A DNA stretch of 64,000 bases. Source: Candidatus Kapaibacterium sp. GTDB taxonomy: Bacteria > Bacteroidota > Ignavibacteria > Kapaibacteriales > UBA2268. Below are positions 1-8,643 of the stretch, piece by piece. Location: positions 339 to 64,338 of the forward strand of contig JAPLFL010000048.1 of the NCBI GenBank assembly GCA_026390695.1, written 5' to 3'. The translations under genes and the position numbers were made by a program. Within the stretch, counting starts at the first letter, position 1. Every line of letters starts with the position of its first letter. The notes under the pieces are model-generated. The model searched no databases and was not told the origin of the DNA. It saw only the letters and a program-made list of their open reading frames with translations.

Positions 1-2145
1 TTTTTGAATATAAATATTCTCTCCACCTGCATTGGTTGTAATAACAGTAAAAGTTCTGCCGTTAGCTAAATTTATCACAGCTTTCGGGATTTGCGGCGAA
101 CCAAAACAATAAACGCCATTCGCCGGATTCAAAGGATAAAATCCAATGCTGCTAAATAAATACCAAGCTGACATTTGACCGCAATCTTCATTGCCGGAAT
201 AACCTGATTGGTTATCATTATATTGTTCGTTCATAATTTTTGCACTGTAGAATTGCGCTTTCCATGGCTCACTTGTATAATCATACAAATAGACAATATG
301 ATGACTTGGCTCATTTCCATGTGCGTATTGCCCGATAAATCCGGAAGCATTCCCATTTACGTCTTCCGGCTTTGCATTCAAAGTAAAAAATGTGTCAAGT
401 TTCTTAACAAAATCCTTATCACCACCCATTAAATTGATAAACGAATTAACTTCATGCGGCACATACCAAAGATATTGCCAGGCATTCCCTTCGGTAAACG
501 GAAAGCCGCCGTTTCCGCCATAAGCAAGAGGATTAAAAGGATTAATCCATTTGCCTCTTGCATCTTTAGCCCTAAAGAAATTGATGCTATTATCAAAAAG
601 ATTTTTATAATTTCCAGCACGTTTAGAGAAAAATGTATAATCTTCCTTTTTATCCATTTTTTTTGCCATTTGAGCTACGCACCAATCATCATAAGCAATT
701 TCAAGTGTCAATGATACGGATTGAGTCTGCAATTCCTCTGGGAAATATCCGTATTTATCCAAAATATCAAACGGAGCGTTTTTATGAGAAGTGGTGGAAG
801 ATGCTTTTATTGCCAGATAAGCCAATTCATAATCCACACCCGCAATTCCTTTGCAATAAGCATCGACAATAACCGGAATAGCGTGATTTCCAATCATGCA
901 ATAAGTTTCTGTGCCCCACAAATGCCATATTGGCAAATAACCATAAGTTTGGTAATCGCGTAGCATAGAGTTAATAAAACTGGCAGTTCTCTTTTCTTGC
1001 ACAAGTGTATAAAGAGGATGAGCAGCGCGGTAAGTATCCCAAAGTGAAAATGTAGAATAATGCGTGTTATCTGTTGAATGCTTTTGGCTATCATCAGTGG
1101 CTAAATAATCGCCCGACGCATCTGCAATATTATTGGGTTGAATAAGCAAATGATAAAGTCCTGTATAGAAAATACGTTTCTGGAGGTCGGAGCCTTCAAT
1201 TTCAATACAAGATAGTTCCTTATTCCACTGTTTATTTGTTGCAATTGTTATATTGTCAAAATTAAAATCATTAATCTCGGCGGATAAGTTATTTTTTGCA
1301 CCATCGGCTGAAACCGAAGAAAGCCCAACTTTAACAAGAACTGGTTGATTATTATTTTTATCAAAATTGAGAACTATCTTCAAATCTGCATTATTGGCCA
1401 CCGGTACATTATTAAAAATATATTTACCGGCTTTAAAAACGTATGAATCAAAGGGACGAGAGAATTCCGCTATGAAATATACCTTTCGGAGTTTCGCCCA
1501 GCCTGAAATAATCCTGTATCCTTCAATGGTTTTATTATCGACAACCCGCACCTGAGCGGAAATAATTTTGCAATATCTATACGGACTTGTCCTTATAAGA
1601 GAGTGATCTAAGTCCACAATCAAATGATAAGGCTTTGCATCGGGGAAAGTATATCTTTGTATTCCGCAATGCTGAGTTGCTGTGAGTTCTGCTTTAATAT
1701 TATAATCATCCAACACAACGCTGTAATAACCAGGATAAGCCTTTTCATTTGAATGTTTATATTTTGAACGGAATCCTTTAGTTTTGCCATCATCCGAGCC
1801 GGCGCTCCATTTTAAATTACCACCATAAGGCATAAATAGAAAATCGTATAAATCTGGACAGCCTGTGCCGTTCAAATGAGTGTGGCTAAAGCCAAGAATA
1901 GTTGTGTCATTGTAATCATAGCCGCTGCATGGATCGTCGGGATATTCTCTCGTATCGGGACTGAGTTGCACCAAACCAAATGGGGCACATGCTCCGGGAA
2001 AATTAGAACCGGACAGAGATAATGTATCAAGAGCGCCTGTACCGATAAAAGGATTTACAAATTTTGTGAAATCTACATTTTGTGAAAGCAAATTAGTCCA
2101 AAATGCAAATATAGCAAGGAAAAGGGATGCGAGTTTTTTTTTCAT
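1..2145 (-). CDS. Glycoside hydrolase family 92 (putative alpha-1,2-mannosidase); C-terminus runs off the window at position 1
   Basis: Minus-strand frame is open from the ATG at 2143-2145 to position 1 (translated by hand). N-terminal signal peptide MKKKLASLFLAIFAFW; GH92-like motifs FSHTHLNGTGC and GNEPSHH. The short plus-strand ORFs in the track (208..432 and others) lie antisense inside it. Confidence 0.8.
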   Translation of the reverse strand, partial: MKKKLASLFLAIFAFWTNLLSQNVDFTKFVNPFIGTGALDTLSLSGSNFPGACAPFGLVQLSPDTREYPDDPCSGYDYNDTTILGFSHTHLNGTGCPDLYDFLFMPYGGNLKWSAGSDDGKTKGFRSKYKHSNEKAYPGYYSVVLDDYNIKAELTATQHCGIQRYTFPDAKPYHLIVDLDHSLIRTSPYRYCKIISAQVRVVDNKTIEGYRIISGWAKLRKVYFIAEFSRPFDSYVFKAGKYIFNNVPVANNADLKIVLNFDKNNNQPVLVKVGLSSVSADGAKNNLSAEINDFNFDNITIATNKQWNKELSCIEIEGSDLQKRIFYTGLYHLLIQPNNIADASGDYLATDDSQKHSTDNTHYSTFSLWDTYRAAHPLYTLVQEKRTASFINSMLRDYQTYGYLPIWHLWGTETYCMIGNHAIPVIVDAYCKGIAGVDYELAYLAIKASSTTSHKNAPFDILDKYGYFPEELQTQSVSLTLEIAYDDWCVAQMAKKMDKKEDYTFFSKRAGNYKNLFDNSINFFRAKDARGKWINPFNPLAYGGNGGFPFTEGNAWQYLWYVPHEVNSFINLMGGDKDFVKKLDTFFTLNAKPEDVNGNASGFIGQYAHGNEPSHHIVYLYDYTSEPWKAQFYSAKIMNEQYNDNQSGYSGNEDCGQMSAWYLFSSIGFYPLNPANGVYCFGSPQIPKAVINLANGRTFTVITTNAGGENIYIQK

Positions 2146-2533
2146 AATTTTATTTTTAGAATATGTCTATAAATACCACCTTTTTGCCCGTATCGGATTA
2201 ACGAACACCATGCAAATTACAGAAAAATTTGGAATCCTGAAAGAAAAAGTATTTTCTATGAAGAAGAAAACTCGACATAAATAGCTGGCATGAACTTTAT
2301 TCTCCAATTGGCAGATTGTATTCCAGTGAAACCCTGAAATTTTTGCAAAATCTCTTTGCGAGATAGCGGTAGTTTCTCGCTTTTGCTGTTGTTTAATCAA
2401 CAAGGACTAAAAGTTGTTTTGATTAAATTCACTAAATAAGGTTTGGGCTGTGGGTGGGGGCACTTTTCTACTAAGGTTGAAGAAAAATAGGAAAAGAAAG
2501 AGCTTGGTAAAGCATAATAAAACTAATCTCAAG

Positions 2534-2615
2534 CCACATAGAACCCTTAAAACTCTGGGGCTTTTTATTTGAGGGCGCAATGCCAAGCGTGATGGAAGGG
2601 AGGAAGAAGAAATGA
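2534..2615. repeat. Conserved ~80-bp intergenic repeat, copy A (CCACATAGAACCCTTAAAAC..TGGGGCTTTTTATT..GGG..CAATGCCAAGCG..purine-rich GAAGAAGAAATGA)
   Basis: Near-identical copies at 3247..3328 and 4106..4179; aligned by eye to about 85-90% identity over ~75 bp. Confidence 0.8.
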
Positions 2616-2661
2616 ATCACAGCCCTCCAGTCAGGAGTTTTTTCTGACTGGGAAGGAATTT

Positions 2662-2895
2662 TCAAAGGCTATTATCATAAAGACAATCAGGGCAAATATC
2701 CTGACCACCTGCCCATTCAATAGTATTTCCAGAAACACGGACAGAATAAAATTTCTCTAAATCCAACAATTCAGAAAACCAATCACCATTTAAATAAGGG
2801 TGGCAATCAAATTTCCGCTTTTCACCATTAGAAAATTCAATTTCAAGAAAATAATCTGATAATGGTTTTACGTTTTGTGGTTTTATTCTTGTCAT
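2662..2895 (-). CDS. DUF2442-family small protein (partner of DUF4160; putative toxin-antitoxin-like pair)
   Basis: 77-aa ORF, 2-bp gap to the upstream partner. Sequence FLEIEFSNGEKRKFD...YSVRVSGNTIEWAGGQDICPDCLY is typical of DUF2442. Confidence 0.6.
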   Translation of the reverse strand: MTRIKPQNVKPLSDYFLEIEFSNGEKRKFDCHPYLNGDWFSELLDLEKFYSVRVSGNTIEWAGGQDICPDCLYDNSL

Positions 2896-2897
2896 TG

Positions 2898-3164
2898 CTA
2901 TCTCAATGGGTCAATCTTAAAATATTCTTTACCTTCGGAAAGTAATTTCCAATTCGCTTGCAAGTCTTCATTATGAATTTCAATCCAGGCTATCACCAAT
3001 TTCATCTTTTTAGCCGGCAGGCTTCCACTTAAAACATCTCCATCCAAAGAAATAACTGCTTCATCGTCCTGATATTCAGCATGTATGTGAGGTAAATTAT
3101 GACGGCTGTTAATTTCCCTGTACATTTTTATTATTATTCCGAAAAAGACACTCAAAATTGGCAT
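2898..3164 (-). CDS. DUF4160-family small protein
   Basis: 88-aa ORF. Motif YREINSRHNLPHIHAEYQDDEAVISLDG matches DUF4160, which is usually paired with DUF2442. Confidence 0.6.
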   Translation of the reverse strand: MPILSVFFGIIIKMYREINSRHNLPHIHAEYQDDEAVISLDGDVLSGSLPAKKMKLVIAWIEIHNEDLQANWKLLSEGKEYFKIDPLR

Positions 3165-3246
3165 AAATACTCCATTTTTAACAAACCCATTGTATAAACG
3201 ATTATATTTTATCTTTATTTTATTCTTGATTACTTTCTAAAGAATA

Positions 3247-3328
3247 CCACATAGAACCCTTAAAACCATGGGGCTTTTTATTAGGGGACACAATGCCAAG
3301 CGAGAAAAAGGGAATGAAGAAGAAATGA
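3247..3328. repeat. Conserved ~80-bp intergenic repeat, copy B
   Basis: Same core as copies A and C. Lies in the divergent spacer between the DUF4160 gene and brnT. Confidence 0.8.
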
Positions 3329-3515
3329 GGGAGAAGGGTTGGTAGGAAGATGGAATTTGGCTCTGGATGGAGGAGAGGGAGAAATAAAAAAGCCAATTAG
3401 TTAGGAAAAGACTAAATATAAAAAAAATTAAATTTTAATAGAATCAATTAAAATAAAGAATATTGATCAATCGTCATTAGATTTTGGAAATAGTTTTTAA
3501 TTAATTTTATGGTTT

Positions 3516-3776
3516 ATGTTTGAATTTGACGATAATAAAAGTAGAGCTAATGCTGAAAAGCACGGTATCAATTTCATAGAAGCACAAAAAATGTGGGAAG
3601 ACCCCTATTTGCTTGAAATAGCTGCGAGAACAGAAGATGAACCGCGTAATCTGATAATTGGAAAAATCGGCAAAGTTTATTGGTCTGCAATTGTAACATA
3701 TCGAAATTCAAATATAAGAATAATTTCTGTTCGACATTCACGAAAAGAGGAGATAAATATTTATGAAAGCTACTGA
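3516..3776 (+). CDS. brnT: BrnT-family ribonuclease toxin (DUF497)
   Basis: 86 aa; NKSRANAEKHGINFIEAQKMWEDPYLLEIAARTEDEPRNLIIGKI is a BrnT signature. Overlaps the downstream antitoxin gene by 14 bp. Confidence 0.75.
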   Translation: MFEFDDNKSRANAEKHGINFIEAQKMWEDPYLLEIAARTEDEPRNLIIGKIGKVYWSAIVTYRNSNIRIISVRHSRKEEINIYESY

Positions 3777-3987
3777 ATTTGATAATAAATTTGATTCTGG
3801 TGAGGATATTACCGGATTGCTTGATTTAAGTAAAGCAAAAAGAATCAATTTAACTCCCAAACGTATTAATCTCAATATGCCTCAATGGATGATTGATGAA
3901 TTAAACAAAGAAGCATTGAAATTAGGAGTATCCCGTCAATCTGTAATTAATATTTGGTTAGCAGAAAGATTGCAAGCAACTGCTTGA
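3763..3987 (+). CDS. brnA: BrnA-family antitoxin (CopG/RHH-like)
   Basis: 74 aa; C-terminal NMPQWMIDELNKEALKLGVSRQSVINIWLAERL matches the BrnA RHH domain. Overlapping gene pair with brnT. Confidence 0.7.
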   Translation: MKATEFDNKFDSGEDITGLLDLSKAKRINLTPKRINLNMPQWMIDELNKEALKLGVSRQSVINIWLAERLQATA

Positions 3988-4105
3988 TTTAATGCAGAAT
4001 GATTACTGAATGCAGAATGTAAAATTAATAATGCAAAATGATTGGATATTTGCTTCCTTCAGTCAGAATTTCTTTCTGACTATTGGGAATAAAACTAATC
4101 TTTGA

Positions 4106-4179
4106 CCACATAGAACCCTTAAAACCCTGGGGCTTTTTATTAGGGGACGCAATGCCAAGCGTGAGAAAGAGAAGAAGAA
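4106..4179. repeat. Conserved ~80-bp intergenic repeat, copy C; abuts the stop codon of the restriction-modification gene
   Basis: Same core sequence. Shares an extra 5' AACTAATCT stretch with copy A. Confidence 0.8.
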
Positions 4180-4180
4180 T

Positions 4181-7100
4181 CTATTCTCCTTCAACAATCT
4201 TTATTTCTTCATCAGTTAAATCATAGAGTTTATAAACTAATCGGTCGATTTGCTTATCGAGGGAATCGCAAATATTCTGATAAAGTATTTTATCACTTTC
4301 ATTTTTAGAAGCATACAAATATTTTTGATTTTCGAGTATTTGTTCAACAAGTCCGACTAATTTATCGTGCATTTGCTTTTCAGTGCGAATGGAGAAGTCT
4401 ATCGGTATCACAGGAATTTGATGTAATTCATAACCTGAAATAGTAGGCGTTTTAAATTTTGCACTATACCAAAAATTAATCAATTTTGAATTAATCAAAG
4501 CTAAAAAATATTTCAAGGAATGACTTTTTAAATTAGTTTTATTTGAGAAATAGGCAGTATCCAAAACGAAATATTTATCATAATCAATATAGGCAATGAG
4601 GCGCCTTCCGCTCCTACCTTGCAAAATGATTTTGGCATCAACAAAAAATACATCTTTGGTATGAGGCAAGCACCCAACTTTTTCTTTCATTAAATCAGGT
4701 CTATACAATAACCATAAATTATCATATTCTATACAATACCTCTGAATATTCTTTCCTCTTAATAATTTATAGCAGTTATTGTTTTCTTTTTTACTAAGTA
4801 TAAACCTTGAATCATTTGAAGTTTTAACACCTCTTGAAAAATGGATATAATCTTCAATAGGCTTATTCATATCAAGTTTATTCAATAATTCAAATTCAAT
4901 AATATTTGAATCAACAAATATTCTATATTTCGAATCTTTTGTTATATTTTCAGTAAGAATATCATTACTTTTCACAAAGGAATCTTTTGAATATGAGTAT
5001 ATTTCTAAATTTTTTACAAGATACTTCTGATAAATAATTATCACAGTTTCAACTTGTGCATCCTTAAATGTGCCATTTGGCATTTTGCATAATTTAGAAA
5101 TTGAACCATTTTGGAAAATTATTTTTCGTAAAATTTGAAAACTATCAATTGCTAACCATGAATTTGAGACCAAAAATCCGAGAATACTGTTTTTATTCGT
5201 TAGTTTTTTTATAATTAATTCTAAAAAATAAGCATATAAATCGACTTTGTTTCTAGTAATTGTATATTTATTTTTCAAATATTCTCTTATATAATCTTGA
5301 AGATTAACAATATTTACATAAGGAGGATTTCCAATCACTATATCAAAGCCACCTGATTTCATTATTTCGGGAAAACCATCTTTTCCACTCCAATCAAATG
5401 TATTTATTTTACGCTTTTCCTTTATGTTGAAAGCATTTGTTTGTTTATCATCATAAAAATCACTCCCTATAAGAGAGTTGCCGCACTTAATATTATCCTT
5501 TAAACTTGGCAGAACTGGCAAATTAAATATAGTATTGTCTTCTTTTATCTCGTCGCGAGTTGAGTCCTCAAGTGCTTTAACCGATAAACTGAAATTTGTT
5601 ACTAAAACAGCCTGTGGGTCAATATCAACCCCAAAAATATTATTTATTAGAATTTCAGATTTTAATTTATGAGATAAATGAATCTGAAAATAATCTGAGT
5701 TTGCATCCTGCATTACTCTGATTCTTTTTTCAGTTTTATTTCTGAATTTTTCAACTTTTTCTTTTTTTGACCACTTCTGTAATTCATTAAAATAATACTT
5801 CTTGTACCAGTCCAACAGCTTCTGGTATGCAACAATCAGAAAACTTCCCGAACCGCAAGCAGGGTCAAGAACTTTAATCTTTGAAACGTCTTCGGGAACT
5901 TTACATTCTTCGAGCTTATTACCAAGTGTATTATCTACAATATATTCCACAATATATCGTGGAGTGTAATAAACTCCACCAGCTTTTTTATCATCATATT
6001 TCGGAATTATCGAGACTGAGCCAGCTTTTTTAACAATCTGCTCTGCAATAAATAATTCATAAACATTTCCTATTATTTCAACAGGCATTGCTGCCAAAGT
6101 ATAAATTGAATTTTCGGGTTTTAATGATTCGAATATGTTCTTTAGAACTTTATTATCAATTAGAGCATCATCTGCGTTAGAATCATAATTAAACATTGAG
6201 CCATTGTAAATATGGTCAAGTCTATTAAATATATCATGACACAATTCAAATAGTTTAATTTCTGTTTTCTTTGATTTATCGATTTGGCTTAAAATATTTG
6301 TTAAATAATCAGTTTCGATATTTCTATCAGCAAGCATTTTTACGAAAATGATTCGGTTTATATATAATAAAGTTCCTTTTGTAAGTTGATAATCATCTGA
6401 ATTTTTATCATTTCGGAACATACTTTTAGCAATTTCGAGCCGCCAATACCTTAAATCTTCAAGGAATTGTTTATCGGGAGTTATTCGATTATCGGCAAGC
6501 TGTTTGGCTGATAAATACCACTTCTCCAGCGAACCATTTACGACATTATTATATTCAAATAATTCCCATATTTCATCGAATTTTGTAATGTATTCTTTGA
6601 AGTTCCAATCTTTGATGACGTGTTTATTAAAGGCTTCTGCTCTGTGTTGAGTAAGCGGTGCAGCATCCTGACAATCGAAGAAACGAAATTCCTCAAAATC
6701 AGTTAAAACTGCCAATCGGACATGATTATTCGGATTATCACATGAACTTAACGTTGAAAAAGCATACTGATAGACCTGTCTGATATATTGTTCATTAGTT
6801 TTCAAATCATAAATCGGCTTTTTTGCTTCAATGAAGAAAACGGATTTCATTGCATTTGTATTTTGGTCAGGAATACGAACAAGATAATCAGGTCGTTTAT
6901 TGCTGTCCTGGCCAGTTTTACCAGTCGGTTGTAAAGTGAATACCTGTTTTTCAGGCTCTAATCCACGATTTGAAACATTCCAATTCAGAAACTGAAAGAG
7001 TGGGCGGATAAAATCATTCTCCACCTGCGCCTCTTTATAGTCCTTTCCTTTGAAATAAGAAATTCCTTTTTCAAAATCCTTGACTAAATCAGATATTTCT

Positions 7101-7201
7101 TTCTTAGCTTCTGCTTTGGTATATGTTTTCAGCAATTGAAATGGATAGAATAAAACTACAAAATTAACTAAATTCTCATAATAATCAAAATACATTATCA
7201 A
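4181..7201 (-). CDS. Type IIG/IIL single-chain restriction-modification enzyme (MmeI-like): N-terminal PD-(D/E)xK endonuclease, gamma-class N6-adenine methyltransferase, and target-recognition domain
   Basis: 1006 aa. N-terminal RPDYLV...FFIEAKKP gives a D...ExK nuclease motif; DPACGSGSFL is methyltransferase motif I; VIGNPPYV is motif IV (NPPY), placing motif I before motif IV. Confidence 0.7.
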   Translation of the reverse strand: MIMYFDYYENLVNFVVLFYPFQLLKTYTKAEAKKEISDLVKDFEKGISYFKGKDYKEAQVENDFIRPLFQFLNWNVSNRGLEPEKQVFTLQPTGKTGQDSNKRPDYLVRIPDQNTNAMKSVFFIEAKKPIYDLKTNEQYIRQVYQYAFSTLSSCDNPNNHVRLAVLTDFEEFRFFDCQDAAPLTQHRAEAFNKHVIKDWNFKEYITKFDEIWELFEYNNVVNGSLEKWYLSAKQLADNRITPDKQFLEDLRYWRLEIAKSMFRNDKNSDDYQLTKGTLLYINRIIFVKMLADRNIETDYLTNILSQIDKSKKTEIKLFELCHDIFNRLDHIYNGSMFNYDSNADDALIDNKVLKNIFESLKPENSIYTLAAMPVEIIGNVYELFIAEQIVKKAGSVSIIPKYDDKKAGGVYYTPRYIVEYIVDNTLGNKLEECKVPEDVSKIKVLDPACGSGSFLIVAYQKLLDWYKKYYFNELQKWSKKEKVEKFRNKTEKRIRVMQDANSDYFQIHLSHKLKSEILINNIFGVDIDPQAVLVTNFSLSVKALEDSTRDEIKEDNTIFNLPVLPSLKDNIKCGNSLIGSDFYDDKQTNAFNIKEKRKINTFDWSGKDGFPEIMKSGGFDIVIGNPPYVNIVNLQDYIREYLKNKYTITRNKVDLYAYFLELIIKKLTNKNSILGFLVSNSWLAIDSFQILRKIIFQNGSISKLCKMPNGTFKDAQVETVIIIYQKYLVKNLEIYSYSKDSFVKSNDILTENITKDSKYRIFVDSNIIEFELLNKLDMNKPIEDYIHFSRGVKTSNDSRFILSKKENNNCYKLLRGKNIQRYCIEYDNLWLLYRPDLMKEKVGCLPHTKDVFFVDAKIILQGRSGRRLIAYIDYDKYFVLDTAYFSNKTNLKSHSLKYFLALINSKLINFWYSAKFKTPTISGYELHQIPVIPIDFSIRTEKQMHDKLVGLVEQILENQKYLYASKNESDKILYQNICDSLDKQIDRLVYKLYDLTDEEIKIVEGE

Positions 7202-7279
7202 ATTCGGCTCCTACACCGTCCCCGCAGGACCCGCTCCCTCAGCATAAACTATAAATCGTTGCTGGGGGGACTTGTCATT

Positions 7280-7471
7280 TCATTGCGTTGCCGCTTGAAT
7301 AGCTTGTTCAATTTTGACATAATTACCATTTAAATACGAAATAACTTGCAAACCGGATTTCTTCTGCTTTTCTTTCAAGTCACAGTAAATAGCATCTATA
7401 TCGTAATTAAATTTAGCAGCGTGTTTTTCACGAACTTGTCGTATATCTTCAACAATAGCGTCTTCCCACAT
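7280..7471 (-). CDS. Small hypothetical protein (63 aa) immediately upstream of, and co-oriented with, the RM gene; candidate regulator or antitoxin-like protein
   Basis: Complete ORF: MWEDAIVEDIRQVREKHAAKFNYDIDAIYCDLKEK... No recognisable HTH. Position suggests it is the first gene of the RM operon. Confidence 0.4.
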   Translation of the reverse strand: MWEDAIVEDIRQVREKHAAKFNYDIDAIYCDLKEKQKKSGLQVISYLNGNYVKIEQAIQAATQ

Positions 7472-7847
7472 AATTTATTCCTTAATTAGTTCATGCGATT
7501 TATCTTTTGATGACCTGCAATAATCAGGTCTCTACTTGGTTTTGCAGTCAAATAGCTAATTACGCTTGTTTCAATATATTCTTTTTTCTTTTCCATTTTT
7601 CAAATTTAACTAAATTTTCATAAAAATCAAAACCTTGTTTTTTAGAAAAATGAACTAAGCCAACGCTTACTTTTATTTTTCAACCTTAAAATCCTCTATA
7701 TAATTCTCTCGGCTAATTAATCACTTATACAGATTTATTAATATTTATTTAATTTGCAAAGCCTTACTTAACAAATCTTCATCTCCGGTCAGATTTTCAA
7801 TCTTACTGATCTTTTATATAAAGTCCATCAATAAATTAAAATTTTGT

Positions 7848-7931
7848 CAGACGAGGACGTCTGACATACTATGCGGTAGAACAGACCTCCTCGTCTGACA
7901 TACTATGCGGTAGAACAGACGTCCTCGTCTG
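7848..7931. repeat. Array of three 16-bp hairpin palindromes (CAGACG-N4-CGTCTG) separated by two identical 18-bp spacers (ACATACTATGCGGTAGAA)
   Basis: Read directly: cagacgaggacgtctg / cagacctcctcgtctg / cagacgtcctcgtctg. The first and third are reverse complements of each other. Confidence 0.7.
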
Positions 7932-8210
7932 TTTAGTTATTATTATTTATAAAATATTATATAATAGTCATAAGCAACTCCAGACTATAAGAAAACTTTT
8001 GACCTCATATTTTCCAAACTATTTCGCACGTCGTTTTTGAAAAGTTTTGTTGACAGCAAGATTTTCTTCCCTTATTTTTGTAGGTTAGTTCATTGAAATA
8101 ATTGAAAATTGCTTGGTCTGAGCTTGTTTCTAAAGCTATCTTATTTTTAGGGATAGATTTAATTTCTGAATTTAGGTAAACAGCAGGAATAAATTATAAA
8201 ATATTAATAT

Positions 8211-8440
8211 TTATGCGTACTTGCATACAATTTTATGCAATTCCACTGGAACGCGGCTTCTGCTCTGTAAAAAGCACTTCATAACTTCACCAGAAATTAG
8301 TATGCAACTTTATCCAACGATATGCAAAGAAGCTGAGATACCGCTTCTGATCTATCTAAAACGTTGCATAATATTTATTCATACCTTATGCAGATTTATA
8401 CAATCAGATGCAAATATATGCAATAGACGATATTTTACTG
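8211..8440. promoter_or_regulatory. Cluster of about 10 TATGCA(A/G)/TTGCATA motifs within 230 bp (candidate iteron or operator array)
   Basis: Motif copies read directly, e.g. tatgcgtacttgcatacaattttatgcaa ... tatgcaa ... tatgcaa ... ttgcata ... tatgcag ... atgcaaatatatgcaat. Confidence 0.35.
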
Positions 8441-8470
8441 TTAAAGCCAAATATTTCATTAGGCAAGAGA

Positions 8471-8504
8471 AAATCCCCCTACCCCCTTTTTCAAAGGGGG
8501 ATTT
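8471..8504. other. Perfect 10-bp stem-loop (AAATCCCCCT ... AGGGGGATTT)
   Basis: Inverted repeat read from sequence. Flanks are not T-rich, so function is unclear; it could be a terminator or a structured RNA. Confidence 0.4.
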
Positions 8505-8514
8505 AACTAAATTG

Positions 8515-8643
8515 AGCCTGTCTTAAAAGCCACATATTTAACAAAAATGTCAATGCTGCGTATGCAGGAATCTCCTTCCAGTGCCACTTTAGGGGATTCC
8601 TGCATTCGCAGGAATGACAGAAATGAGGCTTTTTAGACAGCCT
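8515..8643. mobile_element. MITE-like palindromic element, family A, copy 1 (terminal inverted repeats GGCTGTCT(A/C)AAAAGCC; two internal REP-like hairpins with a GATTCCTGCATTCGCAGGAATGAC core)
   Basis: About 90% identical to the reverse complement of 47320..47447, compared by eye over the full length. Confidence 0.7.

Noticed and set aside
208-1094. Several 60-90-aa plus- and minus-strand ORFs at the window start
   Set aside because: All lie inside the long uninterrupted minus-strand GH92 reading frame, which translates to a coherent glycoside hydrolase.
2534-4179. Considered whether the three 80-bp repeats are integron attC sites
   Set aside because: I found no R''/R' core sites (RYYYAAC ... 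GTTRRRY) and no extended imperfect inverted repeat in any copy. The cassettes are in mixed orientation and no intI-like gene is in the window. They are therefore reported as an unclassified cassette-punctuating repeat.
5478-5672. 64-aa plus-strand ORF inside the RM gene
   Set aside because: It is antisense to a well-supported 1006-aa CDS and has no independent support.
7848-7931. Considered a mini-CRISPR array for the hairpin/spacer structure
   Set aside because: There are only three repeats, the two spacers are identical to each other, the repeats are 16 bp (too short), and no cas genes are nearby.
8221-8526. 101-aa ORF in the gene-free stretch
   Set aside because: Cys- and Ile-rich low-complexity translation that coincides exactly with the TATGCA motif cluster. 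There is no start context and no similarity to anything recognisable, so it is more likely a non-coding regulatory or repeat region.
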